A program made the position numbers and the translations under genes. A DNA stretch of 64,000 nucleotides from positions 13,904 through 77,903 of the forward strand of contig CAZICY010000002.1 of assembly GCA_964537955.1 (NCBI GenBank), written 5' to 3'. Shown in pieces: positions 51,024 through 62,646 of the stretch. The stretch is from an uncultured Actinomyces sp. (GTDB taxonomy: Bacteria > Actinomycetota > Actinomycetes > S36-B12). Each line of letters opens with the position of its first letter. The stretch's first letter is position 1. The notes below the pieces were generated by a model that saw only the letters and a program-made list of their open reading frames with translations, was not told the DNA's origin and searched no databases.

Positions 51024-51775
51024 GCGGCCACTCCAAGTGGGCGACCACCAAGCACAAGAAGGCCGTCGTCGACGCCCGGCGCGGCAAGCTCTTCGCCCGG
51101 CTCATCAAGAACATCGAGGTGGCGGCGCGCCAGGGCGGGGGAGACCCCGCGGGCAATCCGACTCTCTACGACGCCATCCAGAAGGCCCGCAAGAGCTCCG
51201 TCCCCCTCGACAACATCGAGCGTGCGGTCAAGCGCGGCTCGGGCGCTGAGGCCGGGGGCGCCGACTACCAGACGATCATGTACGAGGGCTACGGCCCCAA
51301 TGGCGTGGCGGTGCTCGTCGAGTGCCTCACCGACAACCGCAATCGCGCCGCGTCGGAGGTTCGCGTCGCGCTCACGCGCAACGGCGGCAGCATGGCCGAC
51401 CCGGGATCGGTGTCCTACCTCTTCAGTCGCAAGGGCGTCGTCATGGTGCCGCGCTCGGATGACGTCGACGAGGACTCCATCCTGTCCGCCGTTCTCGAGG
51501 CCGGCGCCGAGGAGGTCAACGATCTCGGTGACACCTTCGAGGTGCTCAGCGAGGCCGGGGATGTCGTCGCCGTGCGGACCGCCCTGCAGGCGGCGGGTAT
51601 CGACTACGACTCGGCAGAGGCGACCTTCGTGCCGAGCATGTCCGTCCCGGTCGATGCCGACGTGGCGCGCAAGGTCTTCCGGCTCGTCGAGGCCCTCGAG
51701 GACAGCGATGACGTCCAGAACGTCTACACCAATGTCGACGTGAGCGACGACGTGCTCGCGAGCCTCGACGCCTGA
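51020..51775 (+). CDS. YebC/PmpR-family protein
   Basis: MSGHSKW, YEGYGP.G, TDNRNR, DDVQNVY. Confidence 0.95.
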   Translation: MSGHSKWATTKHKKAVVDARRGKLFARLIKNIEVAARQGGGDPAGNPTLYDAIQKARKSSVPLDNIERAVKRGSGAEAGGADYQTIMYEGYGPNGVAVLVECLTDNRNRAASEVRVALTRNGGSMADPGSVSYLFSRKGVVMVPRSDDVDEDSILSAVLEAGAEEVNDLGDTFEVLSEAGDVVAVRTALQAAGIDYDSAEATFVPSMSVPVDADVARKVFRLVEALEDSDDVQNVYTNVDVSDDVLASLDA

Positions 51776-51804
51776 TCGAGCCAGGCGCAGGAGGGGAGGC
51801 CGGG

Positions 51805-53283
51805 ATGGCCGGAGCGGGACGGCAACTCACGGGATGGGATGCCGCGACGTGGCGCACCTCCGCGGGCAGTCCGCATCTGCGCTCGACGGTCGTCGCGCTG
51901 GTGCTGCTCGACTCCGAGCCGGACTGGGAGCGCCTGCGCGCGCGCGTCGAGCGGCTCACGCGCATGGTGCCCGTGCTGCGCCAGCGTCCGCTCAGGGGCG
52001 TCTTCGGAGTGGCGTCACCTCGCCTGGCGGTCGACCCCGACTTCGACCTGGGGCTCCACCTGCGGCGCATGCGCCTGGCGGGCGAGGGGACCTGGGCCGA
52101 ACTCCTCCAGGAAGCGCGGCGAGTGAGCCTGACCGATTTCGACCGCGATCGCCCGCTGTGGGAGCTCGTGCTCGTGGAGGGCCTCGAGGGGGGCCGGGCC
52201 GCATTGCTGCTCAAACTGCATCACGCCATCGCTGACGGACAGGCGACGGTGCTCATCGGCCTCAATCTCGTGGAGCTCGGCACCGACCCCAACCCGGACG
52301 AGCCCGAGGCTCCCGAGGCGCCCGAGCCCGTGGCCGCAGGAGCGCCCGAGGTGAGCGTCGCGGACATCGTCGACAACGTGCGTCGCGGGATCGGCGCCGC
52401 AGAGCGCGTGGGCGAGGCCATGGTGGCGCTCGCGCGCGGCACCTTCACCGATCCCGTCGCGACCTGGACCTCCGTGCTCGGCACGCTGGCCTCCGTCGGC
52501 CGCTTCACCGCCGTGCCGGACGGTCCGCTGTCACCGCTCATGACCGAGCGGGGTACGACGTACCACTTCGCGGCGTTCGACCTGCCCTTCGCCCACCTTC
52601 GCGCATCGGCCAAGGAGCGGGACTGCAGCGTCAACGACGCCTTCATGGCGGCTGTGGGACTCGGCCTGGAGCGCTACCATGTGCGGCGCGGGAGCGTGGC
52701 CGACGACCTGCGCTTCAACGTCCCCATCAGCCTGCGCGGCGATGCGGGTGACACCTCGGCCCAGGCATCCAACGCCGTGACGATCGCGCGCATCGCCCTG
52801 CCGGTCGCGGGGCTCACCGTCGACGAGCGCATGCAGGCCGCGCATGAGGCGGTGGCGCGATGGCGACACGAGCCGGCCCTGCGCTTGGCGGATCCGCTCG
52901 CCGAGATCAGCTGGCTCGTTCCCGTGCCCGTGCTCGCTCAGGCGGCACTCGCCAGCGACGTCACCACGAGCAACGTCCCGGGACCGCCCGTGCCGCTCTA
53001 CGTCGCGGGTGCGCGCATTGCCGGCATCTACCCGCTGGTGGCGACCATCGGCGCCGCGGTCAACGTCACGATGGTGACCTACGACGGGTCCGCCTTCGTC
53101 GGCGTCTCCGCCGACGATCGGGCCGTGCCCGACCTGGACGACCTCGTGGCCGACCTGCGTTCGGGCTTCGCCACGGTCACCGGAGGCCGCGTAGGCCCTG
53201 CTGATCCCCTGGGGCACGGGGGGCCCGACGACGGCACGCCGAAGGCCCGCGCGATCCGCGAGGCGGACACCGCAGGGCAGTAG
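51805..53283 (+). CDS. Wax ester synthase/diacylglycerol acyltransferase
   Basis: HHAIADG catalytic motif, RPLWE, SVND, SNVPGP. Confidence 0.88.
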   Translation: MAGAGRQLTGWDAATWRTSAGSPHLRSTVVALVLLDSEPDWERLRARVERLTRMVPVLRQRPLRGVFGVASPRLAVDPDFDLGLHLRRMRLAGEGTWAELLQEARRVSLTDFDRDRPLWELVLVEGLEGGRAALLLKLHHAIADGQATVLIGLNLVELGTDPNPDEPEAPEAPEPVAAGAPEVSVADIVDNVRRGIGAAERVGEAMVALARGTFTDPVATWTSVLGTLASVGRFTAVPDGPLSPLMTERGTTYHFAAFDLPFAHLRASAKERDCSVNDAFMAAVGLGLERYHVRRGSVADDLRFNVPISLRGDAGDTSAQASNAVTIARIALPVAGLTVDERMQAAHEAVARWRHEPALRLADPLAEISWLVPVPVLAQAALASDVTTSNVPGPPVPLYVAGARIAGIYPLVATIGAAVNVTMVTYDGSAFVGVSADDRAVPDLDDLVADLRSGFATVTGGRVGPADPLGHGGPDDGTPKARAIREADTAGQ

Positions 53284-53286
53284 TCT

Positions 53287-53302
53287 TCGCACAGGTGTTC
53301 GC
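53287..53302. promoter_or_regulatory. Putative LexA (SOS) box upstream of ruvC
   Basis: TCGCAC-AGGT-GTTCGC, two mismatches to actinobacterial TCGAAC-N4-GTTCGA, 35 bp before ruvC. Confidence 0.55.
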
Positions 53303-53337
53303 ATAGGCCCGGGTCCCGGGTCGCGGAGGAGGCGCTC

Positions 53338-53850
53338 GTGCGGGTCATGGGCGTGGATCCCGGGCTCACCCGATGCGGGGTCGGCGTCGTCGAGGGGGCA
53401 CCCGGACGCACGCTGCACCTGATCGACGTCGTGGTGGTGCGCACGCCACCCGAGGCGCCCCTCGAGGAGCGACTGACCGGACTGGAGCGGGCCCTCGAGG
53501 AGCTGGTGGCCCGCCACCAGCCGGAGATCATTGCCGTCGAGCGCGTCTTCAGCCAGCACAACCTGCGCACCGTGATGGGCACGGCCCAGGCTGGGGCTGT
53601 GGCGGCCCTGGCTGCTGGCCGTCGAGGCATCCCGCTCAGCCTGCGCACGCCCAGCGAGGTCAAGGCCGCCGTGACCGGCAGCGGCCGGGCCGACAAGGCG
53701 CAGGTGACGACCATGGTCACGCGCGTGCTGCGCCTCGATGAGCCCGTGCGTCCTGCGGACGCGGCGGACGCGCTCGCCCTGGCCATTACCGAGATCTGGC
53801 GCGGGGGTGCCGAGCGTCGACTCCAGGCCGCCGCCGGAGCGCGACGGTGA
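53338..53850 (+). CDS. ruvC: Holliday junction resolvase
   Basis: GVDPGL, AVERVF, EVK.AVTG.G.ADK, DAADALA. Confidence 0.95.
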   Translation: MRVMGVDPGLTRCGVGVVEGAPGRTLHLIDVVVVRTPPEAPLEERLTGLERALEELVARHQPEIIAVERVFSQHNLRTVMGTAQAGAVAALAAGRRGIPLSLRTPSEVKAAVTGSGRADKAQVTTMVTRVLRLDEPVRPADAADALALAITEIWRGGAERRLQAAAGARR

Positions 53851-54431
53851 TCGCCTCGGTCAGCGGAGTGGTGGCGGCGGTGCAACCCTCCGGCGTGGTG
53901 GTCGAGGTCGGCGGCGTCGGCATCAGCGTGGCCTGCACGCCGCAGACCGCCGCTTCTGCCAGTAGGGGTGACACCCTGGCCCTGCACACCAGCCTGGTGG
54001 TGCGGGAGGACTCGCTGACGCTCTACGGATTCTCCGACTCCGAGCAGCGGGACGTCTTCGAGCTCGTGCAGACCGTCTCAGGGGTCGGCCCGCGCACCGC
54101 ACTCGCGGTGCTGGCCACGATGGCGCCAGACGACCTGCGCCAGGCCATCGCCACCGAGGACGTCGCCAGCCTCACCCGCGTGCCGGGGATCGGCACCAAG
54201 GGCGCGCAGCGACTCATCATCGAATTGAAGGACCGGTTGCGCGCGGTGGCGCGTCCGGGCGAGCCGCCCTCCAGCGACGGTGCCGAGACGGTGCGCAGCG
54301 CGCTCATGTCCCTCGGGTGGCCTGCGCGCGATGCCGATCGTGCCGTCGCAGCGGTCGCGGGGCAGGTTGGCGCGGACGCGGACGTCGCACAGCTCCTGCG
54401 GGCGGCCCTGCAGCATCTGGACCGGCGATGA
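53847..54431 (+). CDS. ruvA: Holliday junction branch migration protein
   Basis: [25 protein letters not shown]. Confidence 0.95.
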   Translation: MIASVSGVVAAVQPSGVVVEVGGVGISVACTPQTAASASRGDTLALHTSLVVREDSLTLYGFSDSEQRDVFELVQTVSGVGPRTALAVLATMAPDDLRQAIATEDVASLTRVPGIGTKGAQRLIIELKDRLRAVARPGEPPSSDGAETVRSALMSLGWPARDADRAVAAVAGQVGADADVAQLLRAALQHLDRR

Positions 54432-55534
54432 CGGGCGACGAGTGGATCGAGGAGCGCGACCGTGAGGCGGAGCGCCTCGTGGACGCGCACGCTGACGAGA
54501 CCGAGCGGGCGCTCGAGGGTGCCCTGCGCCCCCGCAGTCTCGACGAGTTCATCGGCCAGTCGCGTGTGTGCGCGCAGCTCGATGTCGTGCTCCAGGCCGC
54601 TCGACGGCGCGAGCGACCCGCCGATCACGTGCTGCTCTCCGGCCCGCCCGGGCTCGGCAAGACGACCCTGGCCTCCATCGTTGCCGAGGAGATGGCGGCG
54701 CCGCTGCGCCTGACCAGCGGGCACGCCCTGCAGCACGCCGGTGACCTCGCTGCCATCCTGTCGAGCCTGCAGCCCGGCGAGGTGCTCTTCATCGACGAGA
54801 TCCACCGCCTGGCGCGGGCGGCCGAGGAGATGCTCTACGTCGCCATGGAGGACTTCCGCGTCGACGTCATCGTCGGCAAGGGGCCCGGAGCGACCGCGCT
54901 GCCCCTCGATCTCGCACCCTTCACCCTGGTCGGTGCCACCACGCGCGTCGGCCTGCTCCCGGGCCCGCTGCGCGATCGATTCGGCTTCACGGCGCACCTG
55001 GACTTCTACGACGAGGCCGACCTGCGCTCGATCCTCGAGCGTTCGGCCGACCTGCTCGCCGTGCGGATCGACGACGAGGGCATCTCCGAGATCGCCCGTC
55101 GCTCCCGCGGGACCCCTCGCATCGCCAACCGCCTGCTGCGCCGCGTGCGCGACTGGGCGCAGGTGCACGGCACGGGCGATGTGGATCACGCGGCCGCGCG
55201 CGCCGCGCTCGACCTATACGAGGTCGACGCGCTGGGCCTGGACCGACTGGATCGCTCGGTCCTCGATGCGCTGGTCCGCAAGTTCGACGGGGGGCCCGTC
55301 GGGCTCTCCACGCTCGCGGTCGCGGTCGGGGAGGAGCCGGAGACCGTGGAAACCGTCGCCGAGCCCTTCCTGGTCCGGCACGGGCTCCTCGCCCGGACAT
55401 CGCGCGGGCGCGTCGCCACCGCGGCGGCGTACGCCCACCTCGGTGTGGCGCCGCCGTCGGGCACCTGGCCCGAGCAGGGTCTCCTGGGCTTCCCCGACGC
55501 CTCCGGCCACGCCTCGCCGGGGGGCTCCGGCTAG
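54428..55534 (+). CDS. ruvB: Holliday junction branch migration helicase
   Basis: [34 protein letters not shown]. Confidence 0.96.
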   Translation: MTGDEWIEERDREAERLVDAHADETERALEGALRPRSLDEFIGQSRVCAQLDVVLQAARRRERPADHVLLSGPPGLGKTTLASIVAEEMAAPLRLTSGHALQHAGDLAAILSSLQPGEVLFIDEIHRLARAAEEMLYVAMEDFRVDVIVGKGPGATALPLDLAPFTLVGATTRVGLLPGPLRDRFGFTAHLDFYDEADLRSILERSADLLAVRIDDEGISEIARRSRGTPRIANRLLRRVRDWAQVHGTGDVDHAAARAALDLYEVDALGLDRLDRSVLDALVRKFDGGPVGLSTLAVAVGEEPETVETVAEPFLVRHGLLARTSRGRVATAAAYAHLGVAPPSGTWPEQGLLGFPDASGHASPGGSG

Positions 55535-55587
55535 GCTCTTGGCCACCTGCGCCGACGTCGGCGCTGCCGTCTTCGAGGGGTGCATTC

Positions 55588-55926
55588 GTGGAAAGCCTGG
55601 GCACGCTGCTGCCGATTCTCCTCATCGGCGTCGTCTTCTACCTCCTCATCATGCGCCCTGCCCGCAATCGGCAGCGCAAGCAGGCGGAGATGATGTCGTC
55701 GCTCGCCCCCGGAGCGCGCATCATGACGACGGCCGGCGTCTACGGCACGGTGGTCTCCCTCGACGACGACGACGCCGAGATCGAGATCGCCCCCGGGGTG
55801 GTCATCCGCGTGGTCAAGGCCGCGATCGGCAAGGTCATGGATACCGAGCAGACGCCTGCTGACGCGACCGACGCGCCCGACCGCGACGGTGCCGCCGAGC
55901 CGCCGCACTCCGGCGCCTCGTCGTAG
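55588..55926 (+). CDS. yajC: Preprotein translocase subunit YajC
   Basis: TM helix, RP...K, G..I.T..G.YG, EIAPGV. Confidence 0.9.
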   Translation: MESLGTLLPILLIGVVFYLLIMRPARNRQRKQAEMMSSLAPGARIMTTAGVYGTVVSLDDDDAEIEIAPGVVIRVVKAAIGKVMDTEQTPADATDAPDRDGAAEPPHSGASS

Positions 55927-55963
55927 CCCACCGCCCTCACGTCCACGCGCAGAAGGAAGACAC

Positions 55964-57592
55964 GTGCCTCCCGCCAACCGCAGCAGCCGCACCGGCTCGC
56001 AGACGCATCCCGGCCGCCTGCTCCTCATCATGGCGCTCATCACCGCCGCGCTCGCAGTGTGGGCCTTCTGGCCCGGCCAGGACAACGTCGTACGACTCGG
56101 ACTGGACCTGCGTGGCGGCACCCAGGTCATCCTGCAGCCCAAGGCGGTGCAGGAGGGCGCCACGATCACGGACGACCAGCTGGCACAGACGGTCCAGATC
56201 ATCCGCCAGCGCGTCGACGGCGTAGGCGTGGCCGAGGCCGAGGTCACCGTGCAGGGATCGGGCGAGGGAGCCGCCATCGTCGTCTCGGTGCCCGACGTGA
56301 GCCAGGAGCGGCTCGTCGAGCTGGTGGGTCGGACCGCGCTGCTGGACTTCCGACCGGTGTGGACCATCCTCGGACCCGCGCCCGCAACCCTCGACGACAC
56401 CGCTGCTCCGGCCCCGGCGCCCACGGGCGACGACACGGCCACCTCCGCGCGCATCGTGCAGGCCGCCGACAACACCCCTGAGTTCCAGGCCGAGGTGGCC
56501 GCGCTCGACTGCCTCGATCCGATCAATCAGTCCGGCGGCAGCCCGGACGTTCCGGAGCTGTGGCTCGGGACCTGCGACACCGACGGCGCGGCGAAGTACT
56601 CCCTGCAGCCGGCGTTCATCAAGGGCACCAACGTCACCGATGCCGTGGCCCAGCTGCCCCAGCAGGGCGTCGGCGGGTGGGTTGTGAGCCTCACCTTCGA
56701 CAGCGAGGGTGCCCGCGCGCTCGCCGAGTCATCCCAGGAGCTCTACGCGCTGCCCGACTGCACCCCCGGCGGAGCCAGCCCCTGCAACGCCTTCGCGATC
56801 GTGCTCGACGGGGTGGTCGTCTCGGCGCCGCGCTTCAACGAGCCGATCATCGGCGGCCAGGCCCAGATCGAGGGCGACTTCACTGCGCAGGAGGCTCAGG
56901 ACCTCGCCAACATCCTCAGCTACGGCGCCCTGCCGGTGAACCTCGAGGTCGTCGAGGTGACCAGCGTGTCCCCGACGATCGGCGGTGATCAGCTGCGGGC
57001 GGGGCTCATCGCTGGCGCGATCGGATTCCTCTTGATCGTGGTCTTCCTGCTCGTCTACTACCGCGTGCTCGGCATCGTCGCGGTGGCCAGCCTGACGCTG
57101 GCGGGCGGTCTGACCTTCTTCGCGTTCATCGCTCTCGGCAAGTCCGTGGGCTTCACCCTCACCCTCGCGGGCGTAGCGGGCGCGATCGTATCCATCGGTC
57201 TCACCGCGGACTCCTTCATCATCTACTTCGAACGCATCCGAGACGCGCTGCGCGATGGCAAGACCATGCGTCAGGCAGCCGAGGTGGGATGGTCCGCGAC
57301 GAGGCGCACGATCCTCGCAGCCGACTTCGTCACGTTGCTGGCAGCGATCGTGCTCTACATCGTCTCCGTCGGCAATGTCCGTGGCTTCGCCTTCACACTC
57401 GGGCTCATCACCGTGATCGACCTTCTCGTAGCATTCCTGTTCACCTACCCCTTCACAGTCCTGCTGTGCCGTTCGAAGTGGATGGATCGAGGATCGTGGT
57501 TCACCGGGCTCAGGACCGGTGCCAAGCGCGGTGACATCGAAGGCCGCGAGGCCGATCGTGAGGATCGATCGACCGTGGGAGTGGAGTCCTGA
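55964..57592 (+). CDS. secD: Protein translocase subunit SecD
   Basis: LGLDLRGG, AIVLDG, L.YGALP, D..IIYFERIRD, VRGFA. Confidence 0.93.
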   Translation: MPPANRSSRTGSQTHPGRLLLIMALITAALAVWAFWPGQDNVVRLGLDLRGGTQVILQPKAVQEGATITDDQLAQTVQIIRQRVDGVGVAEAEVTVQGSGEGAAIVVSVPDVSQERLVELVGRTALLDFRPVWTILGPAPATLDDTAAPAPAPTGDDTATSARIVQAADNTPEFQAEVAALDCLDPINQSGGSPDVPELWLGTCDTDGAAKYSLQPAFIKGTNVTDAVAQLPQQGVGGWVVSLTFDSEGARALAESSQELYALPDCTPGGASPCNAFAIVLDGVVVSAPRFNEPIIGGQAQIEGDFTAQEAQDLANILSYGALPVNLEVVEVTSVSPTIGGDQLRAGLIAGAIGFLLIVVFLLVYYRVLGIVAVASLTLAGGLTFFAFIALGKSVGFTLTLAGVAGAIVSIGLTADSFIIYFERIRDALRDGKTMRQAAEVGWSATRRTILAADFVTLLAAIVLYIVSVGNVRGFAFTLGLITVIDLLVAFLFTYPFTVLLCRSKWMDRGSWFTGLRTGAKRGDIEGREADREDRSTVGVES

Positions 57593-58695
57593 TGGCGCGC
57601 AAGAACTCTCTCGGAGACCGCCTCTACCGGGGCGAGTCGGGCATCGACTTCGTCGGCCGACGGCGCACCTGGTTCATCGTCTCGGGCGTGCTGATCCTGA
57701 TCTCTCTTGCTGCGCTCGGCTTCCGCGGGCTGAACCTCGGCATCGAGTTCCAGGGCGGTGCGGTCTTCTCCGTGCCCAATGCGACGTGCTCGGTGCCCGA
57801 CGCTCGCGAGGTGGCCTCCGCGGCCACAGGGGGTGACGTGATCGTCACCGAGACGGGCGCGGGCATCATTCGGGTCCAGACGCCGCCGGTCGAGCCTGCC
57901 CAGAGCCAGGACATCAGCCGAGTCCTCGCGGATTCCTGCGGTGTCCCGGTTGGTGACATCACCGTCCAGGTGGTCGGACCGACCTGGGGCGCGGAGATCA
58001 CGTCCAAGGGCATCCAGGCCCTCGTGGTCTTCCTCGTCCTCGTGACGCTCTTCCTCGCCATTTACTTCGAGTGGCGGTTCGCCGTGGCCGCACTCGTCGC
58101 ACTGGCGCACGACATCATCCTCACCGTCGGCATCTACGCCATCACCGGCCTTCAGGTGACGCCGGCGACCCTCATCGGCTTCCTCACCATCCTCGGCTAC
58201 TCCCTCTACGACACGGTCGTCGTCTTCGACAAGGTCAAGGAGGAGACGAAGGGCATCACCGCCCAGTCGGTGATGACGTACGGCGAGGCTGCAAACAAGG
58301 CGGTCAACCAGGTCCTCGTGCGCTCCATCAACACGTCCATCACCTCGCTGCTGCCGGTCATCGCGATCATCGTCGTGGGTGCCGGCCTGCTCGGTGCGGG
58401 CACCCTGCTGGACCTCGCAGTCGCGCTCGCCGTCGGCATGATCGCGGGTGTCTATTCCTCGATCTTCATTGCCACTCCGTTGGTGGTCGTCCTGAAGTCT
58501 CGCCAGCCTGAGATCAAGGCCCTGGATGTGCGCGTGGCGGCGCGCCGCGGAGGCTCGGGACGTCGCGCGGCCGAATCCCAGGAGGCAGCCGCTGCTGCCG
58601 TCGGGGTCGTGGGCGCGGAAGGCGCGGTAGTGATCGGGAGCGCTGAGCGCCAGCAGCCAAAGCGGCAGCCGCGCTCCAAGCGCGGCAAGAAATAG
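57592..58695 (+). CDS. secF: Protein translocase subunit SecF
   Basis: LGIEF.GG, VGPTWG, GYSLYDTVVVFD, RSINT, YSSIFIA. Confidence 0.93.
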   Translation: MARKNSLGDRLYRGESGIDFVGRRRTWFIVSGVLILISLAALGFRGLNLGIEFQGGAVFSVPNATCSVPDAREVASAATGGDVIVTETGAGIIRVQTPPVEPAQSQDISRVLADSCGVPVGDITVQVVGPTWGAEITSKGIQALVVFLVLVTLFLAIYFEWRFAVAALVALAHDIILTVGIYAITGLQVTPATLIGFLTILGYSLYDTVVVFDKVKEETKGITAQSVMTYGEAANKAVNQVLVRSINTSITSLLPVIAIIVVGAGLLGAGTLLDLAVALAVGMIAGVYSSIFIATPLVVVLKSRQPEIKALDVRVAARRGGSGRRAAESQEAAAAAVGVVGAEGAVVIGSAERQQPKRQPRSKRGKK

Positions 58696-58751
58696 CCGCG
58701 CGACTCGCCCACGCCTGCATGCTCGTACACTGACCGCTACAGCAGCGGGAG

Positions 58752-61016
58752 GTGAGGGTGACGCAGGAGGCGATGCGCGAGGTCCCGGCCGAGGCCGGAG
58801 CCAATGGCCTGCGCTCGCGTCTGGCGCGCCTCACCGGATCGCGCACGGGACCCTCGGAGCTGGACCCCCTGATCCGCACCCTGCGGCAGTACCACCCCAA
58901 GTCCGACGTCCGGATGCTCCAGCGGGCGTACGAGACCGCGGCCTACCTGCACAGCGACCAGAAGCGTCGCTCAGGGGACCCCTACATCACGCACCCCCTG
59001 GCCGTGGCCACCATCCTGGCGGAGCTCGGCATGACGGCGCCGACACTCTCGGCGGCGCTGCTGCACGACACGGTCGAGGACACCGGCTACTCCCTTGACG
59101 AGCTGCGCGAGGACTTCGGCGATGAGGTGGCCGACCTGGTCGACGGCGTCACCAAGCTGGACCGCGTCACCTACGGCGAGGCATCCGCCGCGGAGACCGT
59201 GCGCAAGATGGTCGTGGCGATGGCGCGCGACATCCGCGTGCTCGTCATCAAGCTGGCCGACCGACTCCACAACATGCGCACGCTGGGCTTCATGCCCCCC
59301 GAGAAGCAGGAGAAGAAGGCGCGCGAGACGCTCGAGATCTACGCCCCGCTGGCGCACCGCCTGGGCATGAACACCATGAAGTGGGAGCTCGAGGACCTCG
59401 CCTTCGCGACGCTCTACCCCAAGGTGTACGACGAGATCGAGCGCCTGGTGTCGCAGCGGGCCCCCTCGCGCGACCAGTACCTCACACGCGTGATCGACGA
59501 CCTCGAGACGGACATCCGTGGGGCGCGCATCAAGGCGTCGGTGACCGGCCGGCCCAAGCACCTCTATTCCGTCTACCAGAAGATGGTCGTGCGGGGCCGC
59601 GAGTTCGCCGACATCTACGACCTCGTCGGGGTGCGGATCCTGGTCGAGTCCATCCGAGACTGCTATGCGGTGCTCGGCATCGTGCACGCGCGCTGGAGCC
59701 CCGTGCCGGGGCGCTTCAAGGACTTCATCGCGATGCCGAAGTTCAACATGTACCAGTCACTCCACACCACGGTGATCGGGCCGGACGGCAAGCCCGTCGA
59801 GTTGCAGATCCGCACCTGGGACATGCACCGCGCAGCTGAGTTCGGCGTCGCGGCACACTGGCGCTACAAGCAGCGCGATGTCGGCGGCAAGCAGGGGCCC
59901 GACGACTTCGGCTGGCTGCGCCAGCTCCTGGAGTGGCAGCGCGAGACGGAGGATCCCGACGAGTTCCTCGATTCCCTGCGCTACGACCTGTCCTCGTCGG
60001 AGGTCTTCGTCTTCACTCCCAAGGGAGACGTGGTGGCGCTGCCCCAGGGCAGCACGCCGGTCGACTTCGCCTACAGCGTGCACACCGAGGTCGGGCATCG
60101 CTGCGTGGGCGCCCGAGTCAACGGCAAGCTCGTCCCGCTGGAGTCCGAGCTGTCCAATGGCGACGTGGTGGAGGTCTTCACCTCGAAGGCCGACGGCGCG
60201 GGGCCGAGCCGGGACTGGTTGACCTTCGTCAGGTCACCGCGCGCGAAGTCCAAGATCAAGGCGTGGTTCAGCAAGGAGCGTCGCGAGGAGGCGATCGAGC
60301 AGGGCAAGGACTCGATCGTGCGGGCCATGCGCAAGGAGGGCCTGCCGCTCCAGCGGCTCATGACCAACCAGTCGCTGTCGACGATCGCGGCGGAGTTCCA
60401 CCAGTCCGACGTGTCCGCGCTCTACGCCGCCGTGGGGGAGGGGCGCATCTCGGCGGCGAGCATCGTGCGCCGGCTCGTCGCGGCAGCGGGCGGCGTCGAC
60501 GGCGCTGCCGACGACGCAGCGGAGGCATTCACCCCCACGTCGTCGAGCCGGGCCATCGCCTCGGGGGATCCGGGTGTCCTCGTCAAGGGCGCTACTGACG
60601 TCTGGGTCAAGCTCGCCCGCTGCTGCACGCCGGTGCCGGGCGACGACATCGTCGGGTTCGTCACCCGCGGGTCAGGCGTCTCGGTCCACAGGCGCTCCTG
60701 CGTCAACGTGCCCGGCCTCGAGGCCCAGCAGGAGGCGGGTGCGCGCTTCGTCGACGTGTCCTGGGCGCCCTCGTCGGGCAGCGTCTTCCTCGTCAACATC
60801 CAGGTCGAGGCGCTCGATCGCGCGCGGCTGCTCTCCGACGTCACGCGGGCGCTGTCGGATCAGCACGTGAACATCCTCAGCGCCTCAGTGACGACCACGC
60901 GCGAGCGAATCGCCCTGTCGAGGTTCACCTTCGAGATGGCTGACCCCAAGCACCTGGGTGCTGTCCTCAAGGGCGTGCGGCAGGTGGATGGCGTCTTCGA
61001 CGCCTACCGGGTCTAG
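58752..61016 (+). CDS. relA: Bifunctional (p)ppGpp synthetase/hydrolase
   Basis: [38 protein letters not shown] and ACT domains. Confidence 0.96.
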   Translation: MRVTQEAMREVPAEAGANGLRSRLARLTGSRTGPSELDPLIRTLRQYHPKSDVRMLQRAYETAAYLHSDQKRRSGDPYITHPLAVATILAELGMTAPTLSAALLHDTVEDTGYSLDELREDFGDEVADLVDGVTKLDRVTYGEASAAETVRKMVVAMARDIRVLVIKLADRLHNMRTLGFMPPEKQEKKARETLEIYAPLAHRLGMNTMKWELEDLAFATLYPKVYDEIERLVSQRAPSRDQYLTRVIDDLETDIRGARIKASVTGRPKHLYSVYQKMVVRGREFADIYDLVGVRILVESIRDCYAVLGIVHARWSPVPGRFKDFIAMPKFNMYQSLHTTVIGPDGKPVELQIRTWDMHRAAEFGVAAHWRYKQRDVGGKQGPDDFGWLRQLLEWQRETEDPDEFLDSLRYDLSSSEVFVFTPKGDVVALPQGSTPVDFAYSVHTEVGHRCVGARVNGKLVPLESELSNGDVVEVFTSKADGAGPSRDWLTFVRSPRAKSKIKAWFSKERREEAIEQGKDSIVRAMRKEGLPLQRLMTNQSLSTIAAEFHQSDVSALYAAVGEGRISAASIVRRLVAAAGGVDGAADDAAEAFTPTSSSRAIASGDPGVLVKGATDVWVKLARCCTPVPGDDIVGFVTRGSGVSVHRRSCVNVPGLEAQQEAGARFVDVSWAPSSGSVFLVNIQVEALDRARLLSDVTRALSDQHVNILSASVTTTRERIALSRFTFEMADPKHLGAVLKGVRQVDGVFDAYRV

Positions 61017-62638
61017 GACCCGCCCGGGCCCGCGAACTCCGACACGGTGCCCTCGACCGCGGCCAGCAGGGCGCGAGTCGAGTCGACGCTCGCTTGGGCG
61101 GCCTCGATGCGCCGTGCGTCACCGCTGGCGCGCGCGGCATCGAGGTCCTGCTCCGCTCGCGCGAGAGCGCTGCGGAAGCGCTCGGCGGTGTCCTCGGCGC
61201 GCGCGCGACGGGCTGGATCGGTCGCCGCCCAGCGTCGCTCGTCGGCCTGGCGCACGGCATCCTCGACAGCTCGGAGGCGGCGCTCGATGCGGTCCTTGTC
61301 GCCGCGCGGGACGTGGCCGATGGCCTCCCACCGCTCCTGGATCCCGCGCAACGCGCGCTTCGCCGCGGCCACGTCGCCCAGGGGCAGCAGTGCCTCGGCC
61401 TCCGCGACGAGGGCCTCCTTGCGCTCGAGATTGGCCCGATGCTCCACGTCTCGCTCGGCATTGACGGCGTCCCGAGAGGCGAAGAACGCGTCCTGGGCGG
61501 CTCGGAACCGCGCCCACAGGCGATCCTCGTCCTGGCGACTGCCGCGCGGCGCCGCCTTCCAGCGGTCCATGAGCGTCCGGTAGGCCCGCGTCGTGCCCGC
61601 CCAGTCCGTCGACGTCGCGAGCGCCTCGGCCTCGCGGATGAGCGACTCCTTGGCCGCGAGGGCCTCCTTGCGCTCCACGTCGCGCGCGGCGAAGTGCTGA
61701 CGGCGCCGGCGATCGAAGGACGTGCGCGCGCTGCTGAAGCGCTTCCACAGAGCCTGCTCGCGCCCGCGGTCGATGCGGGGAGCCGACTTCCAGGCCTCGA
61801 GCAGCGCCGTGAAGCGGTCGCCGGTCGCCTTCCACTGGGTGGAGTCCGCCAGGGACTCTGCCTCGACGACGATGGACTCGCGCGCCGCGAGTGCCTCCTC
61901 GCGCTGCCGGGCACGCGCCGCCTCGCGCTCCGCGCGGGCCGTCGCCATGAGCGCCTCGACCTCGTCGCACGCGCGCTCGAGCTCGGCGACATCGCCGAGG
62001 AAGGCAGGCGCCACGAGCGCCTCGCGGGCGTGAGTGACGGCCGTGGGCGCCGTGTCGAGGCCACGACCCTCCTTGAGCCGGTGCGCGGCGAGATCTACCT
62101 CGACGAGGATGTCGTCGTACTTGCGGCCGAAGAAGGCCAGGCCCTCCTCGACGGTGCCCGCCGCCCAATTGCCGACCACGACCTCGCCGGCGGGGGTGCG
62201 CAGCCACACGGTGCCGTCGGCGTCGATGCGGCCGAAGCGCGACGGGTCCGTGCGTCGCTTGGGGGGCGCGGACGCGGTCGCGGCGGGGCGCGTCGGTCGC
62301 TTCAGGGCGCTCGGTCGGGGGACGGCCGGCGTCGGCCGCAGCGCAGGCGCCGGTGTGGCGCCCGGCAGGGGGATCGCCTGGACGGTCGTCGTCTCGACCA
62401 CCGCGACGCCCTCGGCGCTCGCGATGATCGTCGTCGAGGTCTCGATGGCCTGGACCACGGGAGGGGGAGGGAGCACGGGCGAGGCCTCGCGCGCCTCCAG
62501 CACGCCGAACGGCACGGCCGGAGCATCCTCGACGATCTCCACGGTGATCTCCTCCGAGATCTCCGACGAGGTCGCCTCGGGGACCTCCTCGGTGACCCCC
62601 GCGTCACTTCCGGGCACGCCCGGGGTGCTCTCGGTCAT
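61013..62638 (-). CDS. DUF349-domain protein
   Basis: FGRID.DGTV, repeated W...W...LW.RF units, IGHVPR. Confidence 0.88.
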   Translation of the reverse strand: MTESTPGVPGSDAGVTEEVPEATSSEISEEITVEIVEDAPAVPFGVLEAREASPVLPPPPVVQAIETSTTIIASAEGVAVVETTTVQAIPLPGATPAPALRPTPAVPRPSALKRPTRPAATASAPPKRRTDPSRFGRIDADGTVWLRTPAGEVVVGNWAAGTVEEGLAFFGRKYDDILVEVDLAAHRLKEGRGLDTAPTAVTHAREALVAPAFLGDVAELERACDEVEALMATARAEREAARARQREEALAARESIVVEAESLADSTQWKATGDRFTALLEAWKSAPRIDRGREQALWKRFSSARTSFDRRRRQHFAARDVERKEALAAKESLIREAEALATSTDWAGTTRAYRTLMDRWKAAPRGSRQDEDRLWARFRAAQDAFFASRDAVNAERDVEHRANLERKEALVAEAEALLPLGDVAAAKRALRGIQERWEAIGHVPRGDKDRIERRLRAVEDAVRQADERRWAATDPARRARAEDTAERFRSALARAEQDLDAARASGDARRIEAAQASVDSTRALLAAVEGTVSEFAGPGGS

Positions 62639-62646
62639 CGACCCTC

